From contig JASFYY010000078.1 in assembly GCA_045046875.1 (NCBI GenBank), positions 14,383 through 78,382 on the forward strand: DNA of 64,000 nucleotides, in the 5' to 3' direction. Made by a program: the position numbers and the translations under genes. Below, one piece after another: positions 28,337 through 37,614 of the stretch. Under the pieces are notes generated by a model. That model had not been told where the DNA came from. It worked only from the letters and a program-made list of their open reading frames with translations, and ran no database searches. The stretch is from Verrucomicrobiota bacterium (GTDB lineage: Bacteria; Verrucomicrobiota; Verrucomicrobiia; Verrucomicrobiales; DEV007). The stretch's first letter is position 1, and every line of letters starts with the position of its first letter.

Positions 28337-29227
28337 ATGAGCCCCCTTACCCGCATATTCTTCTCCGCAAAAAACGCAGGGTTTTCAGTTCTGTTGTTGT
28401 TGGCATTTTGCCCCCGTCTGCAAGCCCAGGAAATTCCCGCCGACTTGTTAGAGGACGAGCATGTGCGCGAGGAGTTTGGGGTTAATAAGTTCACAGCTCC
28501 ATCGATTAGGAAGATTTTCGAAGACCTCGATTCACTTGGCGATTTACCTTACGAAAAACTCAAACGTCCGATTCCGGCCACCACACCTTCCGACCGCACC
28601 CGACTCGCTTTGGAGTTGGGTGGGCTGATCGCTGACGGTTTTTTGGTGGTCGAATCTGAAAAATTGCTCGATCTCGAAGCGGTTGGCCGTGCGCTGTGGA
28701 AGCGGGCCAAAATTCTCGGAGCGGGAACCCGCTTGTCGAGCCATACCAAGAGTCTGTTGGAAAACAGCGCGTTGGGTGATTGGAAACAATTGAAAGAGGA
28801 ACTGGCCAAAACCCAGAAAGATGTCGAAGCGGAAATGGTTCTGTTGCGTGATGTGGATGCGGCCCATTTGATCAGCTTGGGCGGCTGGCTGCGTGCTTTT
28901 GAAATTGCCTGTGTGACCGCATTGGATCCTTTTGATGAGAAAAAAGCTAAAATCCTCGGGCGGGTGGATATCGCTGAATATTTTTTGATGTCTTTGCAAA
29001 CGCTCGAACCTAAGATCCAGGAGACCGAGCATATTCAGAAATTAACCGCAGGCATGGAGAAGCTCAAAAACATGCTCGACGTGCCTGAGACTAAAGCCTT
29101 CACCAAGGATGAGGTCGAGGGGATGAATACGTTAATCAATCAACTGATCACCACCGCTGGAGAGACTTTACCCAAGGCAAGCGCCAAAACTGCAAAAAGC
29201 GCCAAAGTTGATAAGGGTAAGAAGTGA
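28337..29227 (+). CDS. secreted hypothetical protein
   Basis: signal peptide; 296-aa helical ORF; HVREEFGVN.FTAPSI; LISLGGWLR. Confidence 0.75.
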   Translation: MSPLTRIFFSAKNAGFSVLLLLAFCPRLQAQEIPADLLEDEHVREEFGVNKFTAPSIRKIFEDLDSLGDLPYEKLKRPIPATTPSDRTRLALELGGLIADGFLVVESEKLLDLEAVGRALWKRAKILGAGTRLSSHTKSLLENSALGDWKQLKEELAKTQKDVEAEMVLLRDVDAAHLISLGGWLRAFEIACVTALDPFDEKKAKILGRVDIAEYFLMSLQTLEPKIQETEHIQKLTAGMEKLKNMLDVPETKAFTKDEVEGMNTLINQLITTAGETLPKASAKTAKSAKVDKGKK

Positions 29228-29289
29228 TGGGTGGATGATGGATGGTGCGTTCGCGGGGCACAGAACGATTGATTGTATGGCAGTTATTA

Positions 29290-29670
29290 CGCCCCAACGG
29301 GGCAGGCCTATAAAAGTCCAGGGCATCGCCCTGGGTATGATCCGATAGACCGCGATTAGCCCTGAATGGGCGGCACTAAGGCGTTGAGGATAAGTGCGCC
29401 CTTGCAGGGCTGGAAGAATTGGGTTTTTTGCCCAGCGCTTCGCATTGGGCTATACCATTGAGCACCGCTGGCGCAAAAGAGAGAGAAAGCAAACTGTCCT
29501 GTAAGGACAAAATGTGATAGCCCGTAGCGAAGCGCTGGGGTTAAATCGGTTTTATTGCCAGCCCTGATTCGCAGCGTAGCGAAGACAGTCGGAGGCAACG
29601 GGTGTAATGATGTTGAGGTGTGATACGGTAGCTTTCAATAATCAATGGCTAACTTTCTTGCCCTGCACCC
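29290..29670 (+). mobile_element. MITE copy 3 (left TIR missing and replaced by a REP-like module at 29290-29372)
   Basis: 29398-29670 colinear with copy 1, ending GCTAACTTTCTTGCCCTGCACCC; upstream palindromes GCCCCAACGGGGC, CCAGGGCATCGCCCTGG, GCCCTGAATGGGC. Confidence 0.8.
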
Positions 29671-29753
29671 TTGTTACGGCCTTTAGTTCGTTTGGTCTTG
29701 ACGGCATATACTGATTGTCAATATCCTGCGCTTAGCTTAGACCGAACTTAGTT

Positions 29754-30728
29754 TTGAAAAAAATGATAACTTACACATTATCACTGATGAGGATCGCATT
29801 ATTATTAGTGGTATTTTCACTATCGGATGCGGCTGCGTGTTTGTGGGACAGGGATACTCTTCGCGATGAAATTACGTCCAAGACTTCGGCTTATGATTTG
29901 ATCGTGGGACAAGTGGCGCATCATGGCGCGGCTTATTATGAAAAGCGGGTAGAATCTCTCGGTCAGAAAGTATCTTTGGATATGGGCGAGAAGCAGGATC
30001 TTGCGGTGGCCTATATCCGATTGGGTGATTTTGTGAAAGGAGAGGAAATTCTGAGGGAGCTCTACCAATCTCATCCCGATGAATATTCAGTGAATTCCAA
30101 TCTAGCGATTCTGTATAAGAAGAAGGGGAATTACGCCACAGCCTATTCTTACATGAAACGCGCATTGGAGATCAAACCCGAAGGGCATATGGGTTTGGGA
30201 GATTGGTATTTGAGAAGGATTGGTTATGACAAGGTTTTATTGGAAAAGCCGATACCTAAGGTGAATTTTCTCGGAGAGAAGTATGAAGACGGTCAGTGGA
30301 ATCGCACCCAAAAGCTGAAGTTTGATGCTGAAAAGCAAAAACGAGCGAGGTATTTGACTCAGTTGATTTTTAATGACAGAGAATTTGCGGATGCTTATCT
30401 GGTGTTGGGAGATTTACTAAAGGAAATAGGCGACAAGAATTTAGCTCTTCGCGCTTACATGCGAGCGAAGCTTCTCAAACACCCCAATCGTAAAGTGGTT
30501 GTTGCGCGGATAGATTCGGTCATTCAGCAATTTAAGCTCACCAAAGGCGCCCGGGGAAAACAAGATTCAGAGATTATAAAATTCAAAAAAGAGCTGGAGG
30601 GTGCGGCAGAGTGGCGGCGTGATTTCGAGAAAGCTGAAAACGAATTGGTGAATTTAACCCATTTTCCATCTTTGGCCGAAACGGAATCAAAGATGAATTC
30701 GAAACGCTTTTATCCAATTGGCAAATAA
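29754..30728 (+). CDS. secreted TPR-repeat protein
   Basis: signal peptide then CLWDRDT; TPR-like DLAVAYIRLG...NLAILY..G.Y..A...KRALEIKP. Confidence 0.8.
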   Translation: MKKMITYTLSLMRIALLLVVFSLSDAAACLWDRDTLRDEITSKTSAYDLIVGQVAHHGAAYYEKRVESLGQKVSLDMGEKQDLAVAYIRLGDFVKGEEILRELYQSHPDEYSVNSNLAILYKKKGNYATAYSYMKRALEIKPEGHMGLGDWYLRRIGYDKVLLEKPIPKVNFLGEKYEDGQWNRTQKLKFDAEKQKRARYLTQLIFNDREFADAYLVLGDLLKEIGDKNLALRAYMRAKLLKHPNRKVVVARIDSVIQQFKLTKGARGKQDSEIIKFKKELEGAAEWRRDFEKAENELVNLTHFPSLAETESKMNSKRFYPIGK

Positions 30729-30836
30729 AAACCAGCTGCCATTGGTTCCTGTGCTCAAACGGGTACAGAATTCAAAAGAAGGGGGGATTATAGCCTTCGT
30801 TACTTCTTTTCTCCTTGCACCGTGATCAACGATTAT

Positions 30837-32795
30837 TCACCACTCGTAGCTCACCTTGGCCGAGGCGTAGTGCTGGGCCACGCTGCTGCGGAAAAAGACA
30901 CCCTCGTAGGAAGTCCGTAGTGCAAAGCCCTTGTCCAGTTCAAAGCGTAGTCCCGCACCTGCCGACAACCAGTCGGTGCCGGGATAGGCTCCATTACTTT
31001 CATCCGAAAATCCTCCGAAGCGTCTCACGCTTCCGCCGGTCACCGCGGCAAAAGGTGAAGTCTGCAAGGCTGCCCCGACGGTGCCGTTTTCTGGTGTGTA
31101 TTCGTGTTCCCATGCCAGGTGCATCTGGGTCACCAGGCGTCCCCAACCCGTCGGGCGGATGTGCGAGGCTTGCCAACCGATCCGGCTGATCATCGATTCA
31201 AATCCTGTGCCGTTGTAATCCAGATTAGCGTTTCCCCCGCCGCTTTCGCTGTAGGGATCCACGTCACCATTGCTGTAGCGCAGTCCGGCAATCGGACCGT
31301 GGATGATGTTTTTACCGACCTGAATGTTGTGGCCTATGTTCATCCTGATGTTGTGACTCTGGCTCTCGGTGTCTCCGCGGGAGCTACTGCCGAGCCCGGT
31401 GTTGCGGTTGATGTCGCTGTTGAACGAGCCATAACTGTAAAGCAGGTCAACCCAGTTTTGCTTCCAGAACACGGTCGCGTAAGTAGAGATCAAATTTCCC
31501 TCAAGGTCGATGTTGCCAAGATTGCCTGCCACGTCGGTGTCGCTTTGCAGATAGCTCCAGGCCAGGCCAAGGTTCAACCACTGCTTGGCACGGTATTCAA
31601 GACCCACGCTGCCAGCGTAAGAGGTCGTATTAAAACCCTGCATCATATTGCTCAGTTGATTCTGAGCGTAGTTGCTGAAATCACCGGCAGCGAAGATTTC
31701 CCAGCGTTTCCAGGGCTCGGTTTCGATCACGGCCTTGCTGTCATCGATGACGGTCTTGCCGGACGGTGCGGCTTCGACAATGTGGACGGTGGCTGCTCCA
31801 CCGGCCATCGGCATCAGTGGCACGCCCATCATGGCGTAGGGCAAGCCGCCGCCCATTGTCTGGCCGTTGAAATTGGTGCCGGCTTGGGCGCTGAGGGTAT
31901 CGACCATGTTGACCTCGATGGTGCGTTCTTCAGGGTCTGCGAGGCCAAGGGCCACTTTGTAGGAGGTGTTTTCCCCACTCATAAAGGTGAGGTAACGAAG
32001 CAGGCTCGAACTTCTCCCAGTGCTCACCTCGTTGCCCTGGCTAAGGTCAGTTGCTGTCGCTCGACCTAGGCGGTCGTTGAGGTTGCGCAGTGCGGTGTCG
32101 GCAGCGCCGCGGGATACGTCGCGCAGGGCAAGTCCCATGGGCAGTCCACTGTTTGTTAGGGAATTCATCGCAGCGGTGTCGATGAATAAAACTGTTTGAA
32201 CCCGTCGACGACCTGTCCCTGTCCCGGTAGCTGGAGCAACAGCAACAGGACCAACACCGATGATGAAATGAAGAACATTTGGAATAATCACCAGCACTGT
32301 GCCAGGTGCGTAAGTAGCAAACATGGCAGCATATGGATCGGGAAATGTTGCAAGGCCGGATCCTGTGACAAGCGTATTCGCAGGTACAACTCCGGTTCCT
32401 GATGATTCAAATAAAAAGGCTTGGATAGCAGAACCCGCTCCTCCTTCATACCACAAATCATCCCAAACGCCGCCAGCACCCGATACCGTTAGATCCGTCG
32501 AGGTGGCTGTCACAGCTATAGACACATTTGCCCCAGGAAGAATCCAACCCGCGGGTGTTACGTTAGGAGTAAAGAGAGGCCCCACACCTGGAAATTGAGT
32601 AGGGTTCGTAAATCCTATACCGTTATCAGCTGTACCGGAAGGCCCCGTAGTGGCGGAACCACCACCTGTCACTACCGTATTTCCTAGACCATCTTGGGTG
32701 AATTGGAAAAACACCTGAGCATGAACTGGAGTAGTATAGATGGCGACGATGGCCAAAGCAGCCCACAGGTAATTTTTTTTGATATTAGTGTTCAT
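30837..32795 (-). CDS. autotransporter beta-barrel domain protein
   Basis: signal peptide; Gly/Thr-rich passenger; C-terminal amphipathic beta-strands with YSESG and AWEHEY, ending KVSYEW. Confidence 0.85.
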   Translation of the reverse strand: MNTNIKKNYLWAALAIVAIYTTPVHAQVFFQFTQDGLGNTVVTGGGSATTGPSGTADNGIGFTNPTQFPGVGPLFTPNVTPAGWILPGANVSIAVTATSTDLTVSGAGGVWDDLWYEGGAGSAIQAFLFESSGTGVVPANTLVTGSGLATFPDPYAAMFATYAPGTVLVIIPNVLHFIIGVGPVAVAPATGTGTGRRRVQTVLFIDTAAMNSLTNSGLPMGLALRDVSRGAADTALRNLNDRLGRATATDLSQGNEVSTGRSSSLLRYLTFMSGENTSYKVALGLADPEERTIEVNMVDTLSAQAGTNFNGQTMGGGLPYAMMGVPLMPMAGGAATVHIVEAAPSGKTVIDDSKAVIETEPWKRWEIFAAGDFSNYAQNQLSNMMQGFNTTSYAGSVGLEYRAKQWLNLGLAWSYLQSDTDVAGNLGNIDLEGNLISTYATVFWKQNWVDLLYSYGSFNSDINRNTGLGSSSRGDTESQSHNIRMNIGHNIQVGKNIIHGPIAGLRYSNGDVDPYSESGGGNANLDYNGTGFESMISRIGWQASHIRPTGWGRLVTQMHLAWEHEYTPENGTVGAALQTSPFAAVTGGSVRRFGGFSDESNGAYPGTDWLSAGAGLRFELDKGFALRTSYEGVFFRSSVAQHYASAKVSYEW

Positions 32796-32950
32796 CTATG
32801 GAAATAGTTGATAAATGGGGAGATGTAAAACCTCCTAAAAGCTTACATTAAAGAGGAAGCGGCCCTCTAAGTCAACCAAGTGATCCTCCATTCTAGCTCC
32901 ATGACAAAATATGCACAGTGTAGTAGGTGTTCGTTCGTCAGGAAGAGGTT

Positions 32951-33081
32951 AACCACGAAAGGGAATCAAGGTTAAGAAAAGAAAAATTTAAAGTCATATC
33001 AGACAGGAATTCCTCGACTTCTTAAAATGTTACCCCCAATTTTCTCCTCCCCTTTGCGTGATTTTAGTGTCTTTCGTGGTA
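32951..33081. repeat. degenerate AACCACGAA-type inverted-repeat element
   Basis: ACCACGAAAG (32952-32961) and CTTTCGTGGT (33071-33080). Confidence 0.5.
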
Positions 33082-33094
33082 GTGAAAATTTGAT

Positions 33095-34648
33095 TTATTT
33101 CGCTGCCGGTGCCCAGCGTTGCATCTGGATGGTATCGAAGCGCACGTCCGTATCATTGGCGCTATTCAAACCAGTTCGGCTGGCGCCACGTGCAATCACT
33201 TCGCTTAGTTGTGCGGTCATGCGTTTGACGACATCCGGATGTTTGTCGGACAAGTTGTTGCTCTCCGCAACATCGTCATCAAGATTGTACAACTCCACGA
33301 TGGTCGGCTTTCCGCGTGACTGCGCATATCTCGGCGCGCTTTCTTTGAATACCAGTTTCCATGGGCCGTCGCGCCAGGCGAACTCGCCATGATTGGAGTG
33401 ATTGACCAAACTTGTTCGTGGCTGGGTATTTTTTTTCCCGAGTGCTGCGGATAAAAAACTGATGCTGTCCTCGGCTCCGTCTTTCGGAAGCTCGGCACCG
33501 GTGATTTCCGCACAAGTTGCGAATAGATCCGTCAGGCTGATCATTTGTTGACTGCTCGATCCTGCGGTGATGTGTTTGGGCCAGCGCAAGATGAGCGGCA
33601 CCCGGTGTCCGCCCTCCCACACGTCGCCTTTGTGTCCGCGGTAGGGTCCGCTAGGCATGTGGCCTGCTTTGATCAGATCCGGCCAACCAGTGTAATGCGA
33701 GTGACCGTTATCGGCGGTGAAAATGACAAGGGTGTTATCAGCGATGCCGGCATCATCAATCGCCTGGATGACTTGTCCGGCGGACCAGTCGGTTTCCATC
33801 ACAAAATCCGCTACCGGATTGATTCCGCTTTTGCCGACGAAGTCCTTGGAGGGGGAGACGGGTTCATGAGGAGAGGTTTGGGTGAAATAAAGGAAGAAGG
33901 GTTGGTCTTTTTTTGCTTGTTCGTGAATGTGTTTCACCGCGCGTCGGGTGAGCTCAGGCAGGACTCCTTGTAGCTTCCAACCGGGAGCCATCGGGGCGCC
34001 GACAAATCCCCGGGGGAGATTCACCCCTTCACTGTTATCAAGTTTGTATTGGGCCGTAGGTTGTACCAGTAGGCGGTCATTTTCGATGAAGGCAAAGGGA
34101 GGTAGGTTGGGTAAATCGACGCCGAAAAAATAATCAAAGCCGCGATGAATCGGGCCGCCAAGCACTGGTTTGGTGAAATCCCAAGTGAGATCTTTCTGGC
34201 CGTTGGGTTTTTCAGTCATGCGACCCTTTTGCGGTCCTGCCCAATCCCAACCGAGGTGCCATTTGCCAATGCAAGCGGTATGGTAACCTTGCTGTTTGAG
34301 CATCGCAGGTAAGGTGGGTCGCCCAGAGGTGATCAATGGTGGTTCGTAAACGGCAACCACCCATTCCTGCATCCGGGTGCGCCAGGAGTAGCGTCCGGTG
34401 ATCAGTCCGTAACGAGTAGGCGAACAAACCGCCGAGGGGCTGTGCGCGTCGGTGAAGCTCATGCCTTGCTGGACCAAGCGATCCAGATGAGGCGTGGCGA
34501 TTTTGTTATCGGGGTAGTGCGCCTGGATGTCACCGACTCCGAAGTCGTCGGCGAGGATGATGACGATGTTGGGGGTATCGTTAGCGGCGGCAGCCGGGTT
34601 GGCGATCAGTGTCAGCAGAGTGATAAGGAGAATGGGTAATCGAGACAT
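33095..34648 (-). CDS. sulfatase (S1, Cys-type arylsulfatase)
   Basis: PNIVIILADDFG; CSPTRYGLITGR; GKWHLG; DNG; KGDVWEGGHRVP. Confidence 0.95.
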   Translation of the reverse strand: MSRLPILLITLLTLIANPAAAANDTPNIVIILADDFGVGDIQAHYPDNKIATPHLDRLVQQGMSFTDAHSPSAVCSPTRYGLITGRYSWRTRMQEWVVAVYEPPLITSGRPTLPAMLKQQGYHTACIGKWHLGWDWAGPQKGRMTEKPNGQKDLTWDFTKPVLGGPIHRGFDYFFGVDLPNLPPFAFIENDRLLVQPTAQYKLDNSEGVNLPRGFVGAPMAPGWKLQGVLPELTRRAVKHIHEQAKKDQPFFLYFTQTSPHEPVSPSKDFVGKSGINPVADFVMETDWSAGQVIQAIDDAGIADNTLVIFTADNGHSHYTGWPDLIKAGHMPSGPYRGHKGDVWEGGHRVPLILRWPKHITAGSSSQQMISLTDLFATCAEITGAELPKDGAEDSISFLSAALGKKNTQPRTSLVNHSNHGEFAWRDGPWKLVFKESAPRYAQSRGKPTIVELYNLDDDVAESNNLSDKHPDVVKRMTAQLSEVIARGASRTGLNSANDTDVRFDTIQMQRWAPAAK

Positions 34649-34742
34649 GGTTGTTGGAGTGGGGTCGAAAAGAATTTACCACAGAGCACAGAGGAATAAA
34701 ACGAGAATGAGGGAAAGGCTGTTTTGCATCAGTGAATGTTTC

Positions 34743-34823
34743 GCGGTGATAAGGGATCGCGTATCACCGCTTGATAAAGAGGTAATGTATAACAGATGTA
34801 TAATTATTGTATAGTTGTGTATA
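34743..34823. promoter_or_regulatory. inverted repeat plus four helically phased TGTATA direct repeats in divergent promoter
   Basis: GCGGTGATA-N10-TATCACCGC (34743-34770); TGTATA at 34786, 34797, 34808, 34818. Confidence 0.45.
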
Positions 34824-34850
34824 AGGATGAATGGTGTTAGTTTTTTATCC

Positions 34851-36002
34851 ATGTATAATCAAAATTGGGCAAAACGGGTGATCAAGAGTGTGATTCTGAT
34901 CTTATTTTTGGAAGTGACGGGTTTCAGTTATGGAGAACAGGCGTTTACTTTGGTGGGATTGATACGTGACGACGAGGCGTTGAATCGGGCGCATGACGTG
35001 GAATTACAGGGCAACATTGCCTACGTGCCGGGCAAGGGAGGTTCGCTGGCGATCATCGATGTGAGTGATGTGACCAAGCCGGAGCTGTTGTCTTCGCTGT
35101 TTGGAATGGAAGGGATGGAGGATGCGGAAACGGTTTTGCCGATGGGGGATATTCTACTCGTTGGCACGCGGGATTTTCTGGCGGTGGATGTCAGTGATCC
35201 GCGTGCGCCGAAGATTGTGAAACGAATTTCTGATCGTCCACGGATTGACTATATCAATGGCATGGCCCGGCGTGGGCAGGTGGTTTTTACGGCTAACAAA
35301 AGTGGTTATGTGGGGGTGTTTGATGTGAGTGATCCGCGGGATCCGAAATTGAAAGAGGTGCTCGATACGAAAAAATACGGAGATATGAGTAAACCGCATG
35401 ATGTGGCGACTTTCGGGGATCATATCATTGTGGTGAATGCCGGTCATGAGGATGTGAATCATGCGCAGATTTATCGAGTGGCGGATGGGAAGACGCACAA
35501 GTTATTGCCTGTGACTGAGTGGAAAATCGAAAGCACGATCACGGGCAATGGCAAACTCAGTGAGCACTTGGGCGGAGCTAACCGCGTAGCGGTTACCGGG
35601 TCGTATGCAGGCATTGGAGCTTTCATTGCTAGCCGGGTGGGAGTGGTGGATCTGAGTAATCCTAAAAAAGCGAAGCAGATTGCTAATTTGCCTGCGGCGG
35701 ATGTGGCAGCTACGGGCATGACAGCGGTTGGGCAGATTTTGTTTGTGGCCGGCGGCGAAGGGGTGGAGGCGATTGATATTTCGAATCCAGCGCGGCCGGT
35801 ATCGATTGCGCAGTATCGTGCTGGTAAATTATTCCCCACTCGCCGTCTGATGTTGGGGAAAACGCCACGTTTTGATAACGCGCATGACTTGGTCTATCGC
35901 GATGGCTACTTATACGTGACCGCCCAGAATGACAATCAGTTGGGGATTCTGAAAGTGAACGATGTCCGGGTATTGGAACTGGTGGCGAAAAAGATGGAGT
36001 GA
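34851..36002 (+). CDS. LVIVD-repeat beta-propeller protein (ORF open from 34815)
   Basis: repeated LAIIDVSD.TKP / LAVDVSDP.AP / VFDVSDP.DP / VVDLSNP / AIDISNP.RP. Confidence 0.85.
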   Translation: MYNQNWAKRVIKSVILILFLEVTGFSYGEQAFTLVGLIRDDEALNRAHDVELQGNIAYVPGKGGSLAIIDVSDVTKPELLSSLFGMEGMEDAETVLPMGDILLVGTRDFLAVDVSDPRAPKIVKRISDRPRIDYINGMARRGQVVFTANKSGYVGVFDVSDPRDPKLKEVLDTKKYGDMSKPHDVATFGDHIIVVNAGHEDVNHAQIYRVADGKTHKLLPVTEWKIESTITGNGKLSEHLGGANRVAVTGSYAGIGAFIASRVGVVDLSNPKKAKQIANLPAADVAATGMTAVGQILFVAGGEGVEAIDISNPARPVSIAQYRAGKLFPTRRLMLGKTPRFDNAHDLVYRDGYLYVTAQNDNQLGILKVNDVRVLELVAKKME

Positions 36003-37612
36003 ACTATGCTTCATCAATGAGAAGCGGTGTGTTTATTTTGGTCATGGTCTGGGCTGTTCTGCATAGAGTCAGCGCGGCTGAGGAAGTAGCGAGCGAGTGG
36101 AATCAAGGTGGTGGGCCGGAGGCTAATTTTGTAGTGACGGGTGGCCGGGCGCCATTGAGCTGGAGTGTGGTTCGTGATGAAAACATTGCCTGGAAGTTGA
36201 CTTTGCCGGAGACGGGTCAAAGCACGGTGGTGGTGGCCAAAGGAAAAGCATTTTTCAGCATCATGAAACCGGTCGAGGAAGATTCGACATTGGGGCAAAA
36301 CATCATTGCCTATTGCTGCGATGCAGAGACGGGCAAGGTGTTGTGGAGACGGGAAATTGTGGGTAAACACCCACTGCGACTTTCCGGTTGTTTCAGCGAT
36401 AGTTCTTCGCCGCCTCCTGTGACGGATGGGAAGCGTATTTGTTTTTTTAACGCCTCAGGCACGATTGCCTGTTTTGACTTGGATGGTAAAAAGTTGTGGT
36501 CAGTGGAACGACTGGTGGTGGGGCGCACCCAGCCTTTTTTGCGAGGGGGCCTGGTGCATTACATTCGGCAGATCTATCCTCCGGATGGGGAAGGGCATTT
36601 TACTCATGAGCATAAGGATGCACCGTTGAATCAATGGACACAATTGCAGGCGGCTGACCTCAAGACGGGCAGGGTGATGTGGACGACAAATTGTGGGGTC
36701 AACATGGGCTCGATTCCCTTACCGCAGAAACTCAGTGATGGACGCGAAGTGGTTTTTGTGGGCCGTGGGGGTGGCCATTCTCCACCAGAAAAACCGGAGG
36801 GAGTTTCGATGGTGGATTTGAAAGACGGCAAGACTATTTGGACGCTATCGCTTGCAGGATTCATGGCAACGCAAAGCATCACGGTGCATGGGGGGCTTGC
36901 GTTGATTTATCACGGCAGTGATCTGTTGAAAGTGGATGTGGCTACAGGCAAGACCACCAAACGCATTTCGATCGTGCAGAACATTTCAGCACGTCTGTAT
37001 CGTGGGGGGGGATGGGCGTCGGAAAGGGTGTCGATGAAAGCGAGTGAAAAGGGCCGAATGATCACTCAGCAGTCGAATTTGCTGGTGGGGGATTACAGTT
37101 ATTTTCGTAATTACCTGTTCAATTATCTAGGGCGGGTAAATCTGCTTACGAATGAGGTGGAATATTTGCAATTGCCGGTGCAACTCGTGCGGCGGCAGGC
37201 GGAAGGTAAAGGGGACATAGATTTGCTTCTTTGGGGGTCGAAGGGATCCATTGCCCCGTGGGGAAAGAAAAAGAAAAAGGGGCAGCTCAAGCAAAACTAT
37301 TGGTCACTGGTTCACAATGAGATGAAAAACTCGCGTGGATTCGAAGTGATGGGGGATGAACGTTCACGCGGCAATGGTTGGGGGCATGTGGCAAGCCAGA
37401 TACCGACGGTGATCGGTGATTATCTGTATGTGCCGGTGATGAATGGCACCGTGTATGTGATAAAATGGAAGGTGGATAAGCTCGATGAAAGAGCCTTGGT
37501 ATCGATCAATGATCTGGGGCCAGCTGGTCAGGCCTGGACTCGAGCCAGTTTGAGTTTTGCCAACGGCCGGATCTACGCCCACACCATCAAAGAGGTGATT
37601 TGCATCAAGTAG
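35999..37612 (+). CDS. PQQ-like (BamB-type) beta-propeller protein
   Basis: WNQ..GP; NIAWK..LP..GQS; PVTDG; CFDLDGKKLW; overlaps upstream stop codon. Confidence 0.85.
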   Translation: MNYASSMRSGVFILVMVWAVLHRVSAAEEVASEWNQGGGPEANFVVTGGRAPLSWSVVRDENIAWKLTLPETGQSTVVVAKGKAFFSIMKPVEEDSTLGQNIIAYCCDAETGKVLWRREIVGKHPLRLSGCFSDSSSPPPVTDGKRICFFNASGTIACFDLDGKKLWSVERLVVGRTQPFLRGGLVHYIRQIYPPDGEGHFTHEHKDAPLNQWTQLQAADLKTGRVMWTTNCGVNMGSIPLPQKLSDGREVVFVGRGGGHSPPEKPEGVSMVDLKDGKTIWTLSLAGFMATQSITVHGGLALIYHGSDLLKVDVATGKTTKRISIVQNISARLYRGGGWASERVSMKASEKGRMITQQSNLLVGDYSYFRNYLFNYLGRVNLLTNEVEYLQLPVQLVRRQAEGKGDIDLLLWGSKGSIAPWGKKKKKGQLKQNYWSLVHNEMKNSRGFEVMGDERSRGNGWGHVASQIPTVIGDYLYVPVMNGTVYVIKWKVDKLDERALVSINDLGPAGQAWTRASLSFANGRIYAHTIKEVICIK

Positions 37613-37614
37613 CC

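Noticed and set aside
31104..32069. 321-aa plus-strand ORF
   Set aside because: Antisense shadow of the autotransporter barrel; no recognisable motifs.
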